Assembly: GCA_963976765.1 (NCBI GenBank)
Contig: CAXBME010000037.1
Span: 1 to 64,000 of the forward strand
DNA length: 64,000 bases
From: an uncultured Planctomycetaceae bacterium
GTDB lineage: Bacteria; Planctomycetota; Planctomycetia; Planctomycetales; Planctomycetaceae
Reading direction: 5' to 3'
Part shown: piece by piece, positions 27,501-37,200 of the stretch
How positions within the stretch are numbered: position 1 is the stretch's first letter
Layout: each line of letters opens with the position of its first letter
The notes under the pieces: generated by a model
The model's database searches: none
Told to the model about the DNA's origin: nothing
Seen by the model: only the letters and a program-made list of their open reading frames with translations
Made by a program: the position numbers and the translations under genes

Positions 27501-28553
27501 CGCGACTTCAGGATCCTTAGGCTTGAGCATGAGGATAACCCTGACCACCCATTTGTGCTTTTTAACCTGGGGATGACACACGCCGATGCAGGTGAGCACA
27601 ATGAAGCAGTCAAATTCCTCAACCGTTGTCTGAAGGTTTCTAGCGTCGACGAGTCGCACGTTCGTAAGGCCTACGCACTTTATGTCAGCTCACTTGCTCA
27701 ATTGCAGCGAAACGACGAAGCCTTCTCAATCTGTCAGGAAGGTCTTGACAAGTTTCCCGGAGACCCGGAATTACTGTTCCGTTCTGGCTTGCTCCATCAT
27801 TTGGCCTCTCGTCTTAACGAAGCGGTCGATGCGTACCTCAGTATCTTGAATGGCGAACACGAACGGCATTACACAAGCGTTGATCAAGGGATCTTGGGAT
27901 TCAAAGCCCGGCACAATCTCGCCCTTGTTTACGAAGATCTGCAACAGTTTGACGACGCTGATGCGCAGTGGCAGACGATTGTGGATGAGCGTCCAACCTA
28001 TTCTGTGGCGTGGCGTGGGTTGGGAGAATCTCTTCTGAAGCAGGGACGCATTCAGGAAGTTCGCATAGTGGCAGGTAACTTGCTTGAAGAACCTCATACT
28101 GAGTCTGTCGGGCTGCTTCTGAAAGCACGATCGCTGGAACTAGATGGCGATATTTCTTCGGCTATCCAAATTCTTGATCAGCAATACGATAAGGAAATCG
28201 AAAATCTCGACATTCATCGCGAACTTGGACGACTGTACTTTGAAAGTGGGCAGTTTGCACTTGCCATTCCAGTCCTTGGTCGGTTGACTGAGCTTGCCCC
28301 TGACGATGCTGCCTCGTTTCACAACTTGGGTATTGCGTTCCTGCATCAGGAGATGTTGAGTGACGCCATTGTGTCGTTGGAGGAGTCGGTCTCTTTGCGC
28401 CCAGACTCAACGGACACTTTGATTCATCTCGCACACGCCTATCAATCCCTTGGGCGAGCAGAATTTGAAGAGCGATCCTGGAAGCAGGTTCTCCAATTGT
28501 GTCCAGATCATGAGGATGCACGCAAAGCTCTGCAGCGTCTGTCAAAGGTGTAA
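24525..28553 (+). CDS. Multidomain glycosyltransferase: CgeB-like GT-B, SAM methyltransferase, GT2, GT2, TPR
   Basis: DINMRVFE; LDIGCGGG..DVLEHL; VDNGSDDGT..NRGFPAAVNQG..LLNND; SLCMIVRN..DTGSTD..DDFSAARN..MDSDD..GRIHEQ; C-terminal TPRs. Confidence 0.9.
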   Translation: MSIRRVAVIFDNDARPETTGFYCRRALGSILEVEHFTPSELQSIDSSAFDLFLNIDDGMRYHLPDNLRPSAYWAIDTHIDFAWSVEKAQRFDFVFAAQRNGTAHLQESGISHAQWLPLAADPEIHRFRPELEADFDLTFVGNVIPGPRAELMCELQSAYPDMFIGRKYFSEMADVYSQSRIAFNCSVKDDINMRVFEVPSCGPLLVTNNLSENGLDELFVSGEEIIVYESPEELLDRIDYFLKHERDRRRIARRGRSRVIAEHTYRLRMEQILRHVESALSTRVVGTGKVGNGPVKPEWYYGFERPEVVNLVPAEARTILDIGCGGGSLGKLLKERQTAVVVGCELDEHAAERASDVLDRVVVGNIENVNECDFDADSFDCVVCADVLEHLRDPAAALRRIHGWLKPDGQVVLSLPNARHHSVVTSLLAGNWTYEAAGLLDDDHVRFFTRREIEKLLFRCGFEIKHREGIPGSGYGEWVESGKLGEVSLNGLQMSGLSSEDAEEFFTYQYLVRARRQRILDHGLTSIIIVTHNQIAYTQQCINSILMRTDEPFELILVDNGSDDGTVEYLETIPNATLIRNPDNRGFPAAVNQGLERARGDYFLLLNNDCIVTTGWLNRLLRVFESHSDVGLAGPVSNNISGPQQIAATYETLENLDGFAWDWGKANAGIIENEDRLVGFCLMIRRGVVEEIGTLDERFGIGCFEDDDFCRRAVAAGYRNVIAREVFVHHFGSRTFLGSKVDIGAILDANARIYEDKWGGIDPSPIGRIETAESVDTISGDSNQAAGTNPFYAVMAPDRSLLLRRHDVTISLCMIVRNNENTIQPCLESIRPWVDEMIVVDTGSTDRTPEIARKLGAKVSFFPWCDDFSAARNASLEQAVGEWIFWMDSDDTIPEDCGRKLAELAHEPVSKEVFGYVIQVHCPGADDSEHDVTVVDHVKLFRNFPQLRFEGRIHEQIIPAIRRAGGDVSWTDLHVVHSGADHTSDGRAGKLERDFRILRLEHEDNPDHPFVLFNLGMTHADAGEHNEAVKFLNRCLKVSSVDESHVRKAYALYVSSLAQLQRNDEAFSICQEGLDKFPGDPELLFRSGLLHHLASRLNEAVDAYLSILNGEHERHYTSVDQGILGFKARHNLALVYEDLQQFDDADAQWQTIVDERPTYSVAWRGLGESLLKQGRIQEVRIVAGNLLEEPHTESVGLLLKARSLELDGDISSAIQILDQQYDKEIENLDIHRELGRLYFESGQFALAIPVLGRLTELAPDDAASFHNLGIAFLHQEMLSDAIVSLEESVSLRPDSTDTLIHLAHAYQSLGRAEFEERSWKQVLQLCPDHEDARKALQRLSKV

Positions 28554-28600
28554 CAGAACGAGAACTTGTAACTGTTATTAAACTCCTCCCAGGAGTCGTC

Positions 28601-29284
28601 ATGAGCCTGCTTAACATCCGACGGTCAGTAGCCGAAGAGGGGTCAACGACTCAAGAAGAACGAGAGTTTCTCGTACTCGGTCATCCTCGAAGCGGCACCG
28701 GTTACCTGTCGCGTCTATTTCGAGCATACGGGTTCGATGTTGGTCACGAGAAAATGGGGCGTCATGGGATTTCATCGTGGATGTTTGCCGCGTGCGCGGA
28801 CACCGTTCCGTTTTCGACTGATGGTTCGGTACGTGCAGATTTCTGCTTTCGGAACATAGTTCACGTTACTCGAGACCCTCTTACGGCGATCGCATCAATT
28901 CGGTTCATTGAGGATTGCTCTGACGAGTCTCGCCACTACCGCCGGCAATTCATTCTCATCTGCCCAAACGCATCGCCAGTCGAACAGGCAGTTCAGTCAT
29001 GGATTGGCTGGAATCGCTTGATTACTGCGCAAAGGCCATCTGCACGAATTCGTCTCGAAAACGCGCAAGTGGAGTTGGGGCGTTTCCTGAAACAGTTGGA
29101 GTACATACCGAAGACGTGGCGATGTTCTCCGTCATGTCTTCCAGGACGCAACTACAACGCACGCTCCCATGCCCCGCTAACGTGGCGGGACATCAAGTCG
29201 CAGTGTAGCAATTCACTTTATTCGGAACTCGTGGAGTATGCCGCCGAACTTGGATACCGCGTGCGCGAAGCGGCTGAGTCGTGA
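28601..29284 (+). CDS. Sulfotransferase-like P-loop protein
   Basis: LVLGHPRSGTGY, VGHE and TRDP motifs. Confidence 0.7.
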   Translation: MSLLNIRRSVAEEGSTTQEEREFLVLGHPRSGTGYLSRLFRAYGFDVGHEKMGRHGISSWMFAACADTVPFSTDGSVRADFCFRNIVHVTRDPLTAIASIRFIEDCSDESRHYRRQFILICPNASPVEQAVQSWIGWNRLITAQRPSARIRLENAQVELGRFLKQLEYIPKTWRCSPSCLPGRNYNARSHAPLTWRDIKSQCSNSLYSELVEYAAELGYRVREAAES

Positions 29285-29452
29285 GCGGTGAACTGGACGA
29301 GAATCAACTCTAACTCCGAGTGAACGGTCCGTACGATAGTACGGCAGATCCCCACTCCATAATCACGTAAATGGTCGCGCGATTGTAAGCGACTGTGGAG
29401 TCGTTTCGAGAACGGACGGGATTAGATTCCCAATAATGAATCGAGATAGAGC

Positions 29453-30418
29453 TTGCAGAAATCACAACGCTCAAACGTAATCGTTACAGGTGGAGCTGGC
29501 TTCATTGGAAGCCACATCGTAGAACGGTTCATTCGTGATGGATTCGACGTCTACATCGTCGACGACCTTTCAACCGGATCCCGAGACTCCGTGTCGACCG
29601 CAGCTCATTTATGCGAGTTTTCGATTACTGATGACGCCGAGCTACTTCGACTCTTTCGAGACGTCCAGCCGACAGTGGTATCACACCACGCTGCTCAAGC
29701 ATCAGTCGTCGGTTCGCTTGACGATGCTGAATCCGATCTCAAGACGAACGGATCAGGACTACTCAACGTGTTGCGGTCGAGTGCTGAAGTATCGGTTCGT
29801 CAGTTTATCTTCCCGTCATCCTGTGCTGTCTTCGGTGACGTTTCAGACGCTGTTGATGAGATGCATCCCCTCACACCACTATCACCTTACGGTATCTCCA
29901 AACTTGCTGGAGAGCACTATGTACGGTACTTCGCCGAGCATTTCGGCTTTTCTGCATCTATCCTTCGTTATGGCAATGTGTACGGTCCCGGTCAGTCGCC
30001 GCACCGTCCCTGCGGCGTGGCCTCAATCTTCGCCGATCGAATTCTCAACGGTCAACCAATACAACTTTTCGGTGATGGAGAGTCGGTGCGGGACTATATC
30101 TTCATCACAGATGTCATTGACGCCCATATGCTGGCGATTCAACATCAGAGCGATAAGGTTTCAGTCTTTAACGTTGGTTCAGGCAAAGGCACTCGTCTAA
30201 TTGACCTGGCTCGGTCAATACGGGCAGAGAGTGGCTGCACTGCGAGTGAGGCAAAGTTGTTCAGTTTTGTGCCTGAACGAAGAGGTGAAGCCAGAGCCTG
30301 CGTTCTGAGAAACAGCTTCGCAATAGAAACACTCGGCTGGCAGCCCCACGTCGACCTCAAAGAAGGACTTCGTCGAGTTCTTGGGTGGCTCCGTGAGTCG
30401 GACTGCCACTGTCATTAG
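29453..30418 (+). CDS. NAD-dependent epimerase/dehydratase (UDP-glucose 4-epimerase-like SDR)
   Basis: VTGGAGFIGSH, HHAAQ, SPYGISK, LRYGNVYGP, GDGESVRDYI. Confidence 0.9.
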   Translation: MQKSQRSNVIVTGGAGFIGSHIVERFIRDGFDVYIVDDLSTGSRDSVSTAAHLCEFSITDDAELLRLFRDVQPTVVSHHAAQASVVGSLDDAESDLKTNGSGLLNVLRSSAEVSVRQFIFPSSCAVFGDVSDAVDEMHPLTPLSPYGISKLAGEHYVRYFAEHFGFSASILRYGNVYGPGQSPHRPCGVASIFADRILNGQPIQLFGDGESVRDYIFITDVIDAHMLAIQHQSDKVSVFNVGSGKGTRLIDLARSIRAESGCTASEAKLFSFVPERRGEARACVLRNSFAIETLGWQPHVDLKEGLRRVLGWLRESDCHCH

Positions 30419-30586
30419 TTAAATCACTTCGACGTCTAATGCAGTAGTTCAAGGAGCGTCATCATCGCGGTGACGTTTTCAGAGCTAAGTCTTCTAGATT
30501 CATGAAAATGACATTGGAGCAATGATAGCGATGCCCTTGCTCAATTTGTCTCGATACATAGCACTTTAAAATGGGAGATTGCAGAT

Positions 30587-32401
30587 ATGCCGACATCAAT
30601 TGATGGAAACAGCTTGAATGCGCTTGCCGATGCTCCTGATTTTCGAGATCGATACTACGAGCCTTCGTTGATCGAATTGCTTCCTGAGATCACGCCTCCG
30701 CCGGAGCTTTCAATTCTGAACCAGGGGACAGAGGGAGCCTGTACCGGATTTGGTCTTGCGGCTGTCATCAATAAGCTCAACCAGGATCGTGGATCAAAAG
30801 TGCGAGTCAGTTCTCGAATGCTCTACGAGATGGCTAAGAAATTCGATCAATGGCCGGGAGAGCAATACTCCGGTTCGAGCTGTCGCGGAGCAATTAAAGG
30901 CTGGTACAGCATGGGGGTCTGCAGCGAGGCCCTCTGGAAATACCGACCCAGAAGCAGAGACCTGCACCTGACCGTCAAACGAGCAAAAGACGCTCGATCC
31001 AACACTCTCGGCGCATACTATCGAATCAGAAAAAACATCGTCGACATGCATGCCGCTTTAAACGAAGTCGGTGCGGTGTACTGTTCTGCCAACGTGCATA
31101 AGGGATGGTCAAAAGCGGCGACCAGAAGTGGGGTTATCAAGCAGCACAAGGATTCAATCGGAGGACACGCATTCGCGATTGTTGGATACACATCAGATGG
31201 ATTCCTTGTTCAGAATTCATGGGGCAAGAGTTGGGGCGATAACGGGATCGCTCTCTGGAAATACGAAGACTGGCATGACAACGTCAATGACGCATGGGTT
31301 GTTCGATTGACCCTACCCACTCCTCAACTATGGGGTCGCGAACCGGCGAATCGGTCAGATACCGGTACTGCCGAATTCTTTTGGTCATCGCCACGACGTG
31401 ATGAAATTGCAGGGCACTTTGTACATATTGATGATGGGCGGTTTCACGACGAAGGACGCTACTGGAGCACGTTACAGGATGTCAAAGAGACCGCAAAGTT
31501 CACTGCGAGGCGTCCGGAATATGACCACCTGTTGGTCTATGCTCACGGTGGTCTGAATAGTCCAAAGGCTTCGGCAACTCGAATTGCGGCGATGAAGAAC
31601 ACCTTCAAGCAGAACGGCGTTTATCCGTTCCATTTCATGTACGACACGGGGCTTATGGAAGAGATCAAAGACCTGGTGCTCGGAAAGAAATCGAATGCGG
31701 AAGCACTTGCTGGTGGATTCAGCGACTGGTGGGATCGTCGAGTTGAAGGAATCACACGAAGACCCGGCAGAGCACTCTGGCGGGAAATGAAATCAGATGC
31801 GGCTGCGTCATTTCGTTCAAATTCTCGACCGGGCCGACAGACCATGAGAGCATTTCTCAGTGCAATGCAAAGTCCCGATGCTCACCAGAAGAAGATTCAC
31901 CTTGTTGGGCACAGTACTGGAGCGATGCTTCTTGCACACATGCTTCAGGCCCTGGACAAGATGGGAGTCGAGACGAGAATTTCGACAGTTAGTCTGCTGG
32001 CTCCTGCGGCAACAATCGATCTCTACAAGACTCACTTCAAGCCTTTATTGAAGACTGGCGGATTCGGAATTGATAAGCTTGTGATCTACAACCTTTCGGA
32101 AAAACTTGAGCAGGATGACAACGTAGCTCAAGTGTATCGAAAATCGCTGTTGTATCTCGTTTCCAATGCGTTTGAAGAAAAAAGAGAGGTACCACTGTTG
32201 GGGATGCAGAAGTTCTCGAATCTAGTACCGACCAGTAGCCGACTCAAGATTGTGTACAGTCAAGGTGTGGGATCACGCGAGACTGCTAGTGAGTCACATG
32301 GCGGCTTTGACAATGATCCAGTCACAATGAATCACATTCTTAAGCGAGTGCTTGGTGGAAACCCGTCTGCGCCATTTACTGCTGAGAATCTAAGTTTCTG
32401 A
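30587..32401 (+). CDS. Papain-like C1 peptidase fused to an alpha/beta-hydrolase domain
   Basis: NQGTEGACTGF (Cys), GGHAF (His), QNSWG (Asn); C-terminal YAHGGLNS, GHSTG nucleophile elbow, HGGFDND. Confidence 0.88.
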   Translation: MPTSIDGNSLNALADAPDFRDRYYEPSLIELLPEITPPPELSILNQGTEGACTGFGLAAVINKLNQDRGSKVRVSSRMLYEMAKKFDQWPGEQYSGSSCRGAIKGWYSMGVCSEALWKYRPRSRDLHLTVKRAKDARSNTLGAYYRIRKNIVDMHAALNEVGAVYCSANVHKGWSKAATRSGVIKQHKDSIGGHAFAIVGYTSDGFLVQNSWGKSWGDNGIALWKYEDWHDNVNDAWVVRLTLPTPQLWGREPANRSDTGTAEFFWSSPRRDEIAGHFVHIDDGRFHDEGRYWSTLQDVKETAKFTARRPEYDHLLVYAHGGLNSPKASATRIAAMKNTFKQNGVYPFHFMYDTGLMEEIKDLVLGKKSNAEALAGGFSDWWDRRVEGITRRPGRALWREMKSDAAASFRSNSRPGRQTMRAFLSAMQSPDAHQKKIHLVGHSTGAMLLAHMLQALDKMGVETRISTVSLLAPAATIDLYKTHFKPLLKTGGFGIDKLVIYNLSEKLEQDDNVAQVYRKSLLYLVSNAFEEKREVPLLGMQKFSNLVPTSSRLKIVYSQGVGSRETASESHGGFDNDPVTMNHILKRVLGGNPSAPFTAENLSF

Positions 32402-32814
32402 ATCGTGCAACGATCCGATTATCCACCGTCTTCCGATCAAAGTGACCAACGTCGCAAGCTCCTCATCTGCAGCAGTCTGGTGCTACCTAAAGCGGCGATC
32501 GCCGAAACCGCGAACAGTTTAACTCGATAGCGAGCAAATCCTGCTGCTTTTTGTAATCAATATGATTCAACTGGAATTTGCTCCCTGCTCTCGGTTTGCG
32601 CGACTTGGTGTAGTTCTTGATCGTGGATTGCCAGTCTCTCGGCTGTCCATAACTGTCAGTTGGCATGTAGCATCCGGACTGTTTGAAGGGACTGATGTTG
32701 TCGACAGCCGATCTCGGCTACGTCTCGACGGCTGGCGAATGAAATCAGTCGGCTGAAATGGCAAAATCTAGCGAGTCGAAAATCGTGTGAAATGCGGCAC
32801 GTTGAATTCGGCTG

Positions 32815-33600
32815 GTAGAGTAGGGAGGTGGCGCGGTGGTGTAGGTGTGGCCTATCTGTTGCCGGCCCTTTCGTCTGCCGGTGCCTCACTAGCCCCACCC
32901 TGCTCCGTTTCCACGTCTCCCCCTCATCAAACCGGACGTGCGGTTTTCCCGCATCCGGCTTTCCGACTGTCTTCACGAACCAGCACACGACACGTCGCCT
33001 GAATTTCGGTTGTGACTCCGAGATGCTCCATGTCTTCGCTGACAAGTAGAGTTCCTTCCGTGACCGCCGAATCAATGAATGGAGTGGATAGGCATCGCCA
33101 ATCTCCGGACTCTTGGTCGCTTCCAGTAACCCGACAGAAGTCAGGCCCCTTCCCTCCACCGGCGTTACCCGGCATCAACAGTACTACGGGCCTGTCCGCC
33201 ACCCCATACGGCCCAGCCTGCTCCTCGCGGAGTGCTGGTTGAAAGACACGACCTTTCACCGCCGGGGCTTCCCGTGTTCCGGTCGATTCCCGTGTACTGA
33301 CATGCCAGCGTCACTACCCCGGTGGAACTGGCTGGGTGCGAATGTCGCTTCTTCCCCTTCCAGCGGCGGCCTTCCCTGAAAAACTGACAGGTCGGCTCCC
33401 ACAACTTGGTCTTTCGAGGCCTGCTCAACGTTCACTCGTATTCCGGCCTGCCAGCTCGCTGGATCGCCCAAGGCGATCCGTTACATCAGAGGCTTCGACG
33501 GATTTGTTACCTCCTCCGCCGCTCCGATTGCTACCGGCTGGAGCGACCCGTCGCCGGATGGGAATTACACCCATTGGGAATCGCCGACTTTCACGCGCAC
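32815..33600 (-). mobile_element. Group II intron, internally deleted (RT ORF lost)
   Basis: 5' end GTGCG at 33600; domain V AAGCCGGATGCGGGAAAACCGCACGTCCGGTTT at about 32929-32962; domain VI ending CTACTCTAC at 32815; only about 140 nt between the GGAG RBS and domain V, containing the RT N-terminal remnant IRRSRKELYLSAK. Confidence 0.88.
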
Positions 33601-34211
33601 AGTTCTTTGACCGTACGGGCTCGCCAAAATATTGCGTCCACGCCGCAATTTCAGTCGGTTCAGCGAACAGGGAATAAGGCCGCGTCCCGGACGGCTCGCG
33701 ACACTATTCCCTGTTTGTTGATCCTCCGCGTAAGTGGCGACTGTTGTGGATGTTGTGGCGACGCGGCCCTAATGCGGGCTGAGAAGAAGTCTCAGTTTCT
33801 AATCACACCACCAGCTGAATTCCTGCGTTGATGCCGGAATCGTTACCGAAATGAGAATTGGCATGGCGGCTCAGTACGTTGCTGAAGAGATGCTTTGATA
33901 ATGCTTTCTCCCGGTAGCCGAGGAGACCTTGAGCTTCGAGGAGCTTGGTCGCACGGAAACTCTGACCATCTGGGGGGAGGCGACGATGAGTGTCGTCAAC
34001 TTTCGTGAGGTGCGGGAGCGTTATGTCGTCGCAGAGCCGAACTCCGCTTCACCGGAAAAATCTCATCGTGACCCGCCCATTTCACAATTTTCGATTGGAA
34101 ATCCTCAGAAATTTCTGCCAGACAGCACTCACATGCAAAGTGGAAACTCAGCGAACGCAATCAAGGGTAATGGGTTCGCTTTGGCTCACAGGCGGATATT
34201 CTGCGACTGTG

Positions 34212-37200
34212 TCACTCAACGTTTGGTTCTGGTCGTGTGTTCGTCGGAATTTGTTTCTGCTTCGCGAGAGTTGCGACAGCTTTCTGATTCTTCGAGTACC
34301 GGCCCTGACCGTCATCGAGCCCGTAACCGCAGGCCTCTTTCAAACACTCTTTAAACCAAATGTCGGCTGTAGCAGTCTCACCGCGGTACAGGGCTTCGAC
34401 GCCAATCGCTTCCAGCGAACGAATCTCCAGGAAGTGATGCTGTTTGAGTCGGGCGAGTTTGAGCGCCTCGCGCAGCCATGCCTGTCCCTCTTCGGTATCC
34501 CGTATGGCGTATCGCACAAACTGGCCCAAGGCGTTCATCAGCTCAGCCGCCCTCCACGGATTCTTCGGCCGACTGACCTTGATCAGTTCTTCAAGGACTC
34601 GCCTCTGCTCACCCAGCACGGTTTCGGAGAACTGGAACATCGCTGATCGCGGCGAACCCGGTGCAGTATCAAACCACGGTGAATACCCTTTGACTTCGGG
34701 CGGTTCGCGGAACATGTAGGCAATCGCCAGAGCGGCAATCCGTTCAGTTTCCCCGTACCACCACAGCTCCGCGATGCCTCGGTCATTCAGCAGCCTGCGG
34801 GACTGCAAAGAATGCCGCCACGCTCTCAGGAACTCGCCACGTGAAAGACACGCCCACGCCATATGGACGTTGGCGATGGCCAGATCGAATCGCTCCTGAC
34901 CACCAGAAATGCCATAACTCCGCAAGGCCTGAGTCCATGCTTCCAGCGAAAGCTCATACAGCTCTTCACATCGCTCGCGGATTCGTGCGGATTCGATCCG
35001 GACGGAACGAAGGTGACGCGATTGTCGAATGCAGATGGCCGGATCAGTCGTCTCAAACTGCTTGAGACGATCGTCAATTTCGCTCATTCGTTCGTCAGCT
35101 GAATCGAACCGTCCCGTCAGCACGTCACAACTGGCAAGCCGAATCTGGTTAGAGCACTCCATGCTGGTGGCGTTGTTTTTCACCGCCCATGCATAACACT
35201 CTTCGTAGCCGGAGCGTGCTTTGTCAAAGTTCTTGATCACAAAATTGTAGTTGGCAAGATTCTGGCGACTTTCCATCCAGAATTTTTCGATATCGTCAGT
35301 GAGTTCGGGGCGATCTTCTGCCGTCCGCTCGACCGTAAGTGCTCTGAATTCCTCGATTCGTTGTTCAACTTCGACATGCAGCCCCTGAATTGCGTACCAC
35401 TCCTGCCTGTGCTTGCGGAGTGTTTGCTGGTTAACGAGCAGAGGGATCACCAATTGCAGCGATTCCCGTTCGGCCTGCTCTTTGAGCCCGGTTGACACGA
35501 TTCCCGTATAGAGTCGCTGCGACCAGTCGAGCATGGTTTCGTGATAACCCGCGTCGACCAGCTCGCGCCAATGCTTCAATAGAGTCCTGCAGGCATGCAC
35601 ATCGTCATCAGCTTCCAGCAGATGACGGATTGCCTCATGAGCCAGAATCGGCCGTGGCCACCAGTGCTGCGATGTTCGGTCGTCCAGCGAGGCGGCATAG
35701 GCCTGACCACCAATCTGGCTCCAGAAGGCTGGCCAACGGGGAGATACGGGTACTTTCTGTCGGAGTTCATGCTCTCTGGCAGCCTCACGAACGAGGGAGT
35801 GCACAAAGAAATGTCTGGGGCAATCTTCCGATACGTTTTCTGACTCTCGAATCAGTCGCCATCCGAGCAGGAAATCAAGAGCTGCGTCCATCCGCTCTCT
35901 AATTTCTTTTTCGTTTTCAGGTACTGGGCCAACTCGCCCAGCCATCGTGACGCCCTTCCACAAGCTCTCGACAAGCCGCGCGCTACGCGGCAGCGAAACA
36001 ACGCTTATAGCCTTGAGTAGTTCAAGGGCATCGGCTGACTCCTGGCCAACTGTTGGGAGGAGGCATTCGAGCGCATTGAGAACGGCCCGCACGCTGTTGC
36101 CGCTCTGGTAATAGGGAAGCGCAAAACCGCTGAACTCATCCCGCCAGACGTCCACGTTTGGCTGACGTTCCCGTAGCTTTTCCAACCAGTGCAGCACAGT
36201 CGAATTCAGATAATCACTGGGGATTCGATTGACGTCTCCTCCAGTCTCAAGCTGATTGAACCGTGCTTCAACTGCGCCACGAGGATTATCGATCTGCAAC
36301 CGTTGATAGTGAACCTGGCTGATCCATTCAGGAATCGGCTCGCCGGCATACAAGGCGACCAGTAACGTGATCTGGTTTTCCTGAGAGCATCGCCTCAGGA
36401 AATACTTCATCAGTGGGTCCGCTTCCTGGTCGCGAAAAGGGGCAATGACGCAGGCTCGATTACTGCTGAGGCGTTCAACGAAGTTGTCGATCAGCGCTTC
36501 GGACGGTGTCCCGATGATTGGCTGCCCTGCAGCAACATTCGTCTGACGACCCGGCAGCATGTCAAACGCACTTTCCAGGGAGCCGATTAGCGGCAGGACC
36601 TTTCGAATTCGGCCCAGGCCGAGATAAAGTACTGGGTGACTGACCCCTGCTGCCTGCGTGAGACGCGTGGAAACCCGCTGTAGCAACGCTCGCGTACCGT
36701 AGAATCTCGGTACGCTGACAACGAAGTTTGTGTCGCCGACTTTGTCAGAACCGGCTCCTCCAACACGGCCAGCTATCGATTCTGCGTTCCGTTCGAATTG
36801 CTCAAGAAATCCCCGTCCTTCTGGAGTTGAATCGTCACCATAGGGCTTGGGTACCGGCATCCCCCGACCGATGGCAAGCAGGTTATGTGCAACCGGTGCC
36901 CGGACGATCCAGCCGTTATGCTGCACAGCGACAGTCCGATGAGTGGCTCGATCCGGTTCCTGCAAAGCCTGGCCCATTGGGCCATTAGCATCTCTAAGAC
37001 GTGAGATTTTCGAGGTCACGTACTCGTAGAGGTCTCTGCCGACATCTTCTGATCCGTCCGGTGTGGACAGGAATTTCAAATTGAACCACTCTAGAGCGAG
37101 CAGGCTCAGAACGCCGTGACCGACTTCAGGGATCTCGTACGCAGCCCCTCCGGCGGTCGCCGCTGACATCGCAACAACGCAGGAACCACTCGGCCAAGGC

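Noticed and set aside
32562..33831. Short ORFs over the intron
   Set aside because: They are translations of structured intron RNA; no YADD or RT core remains.
33850..34200. Possible remnant of a primase/replication gene (MSVVNFREVRER)
   Set aside because: Too short and degenerate to support.
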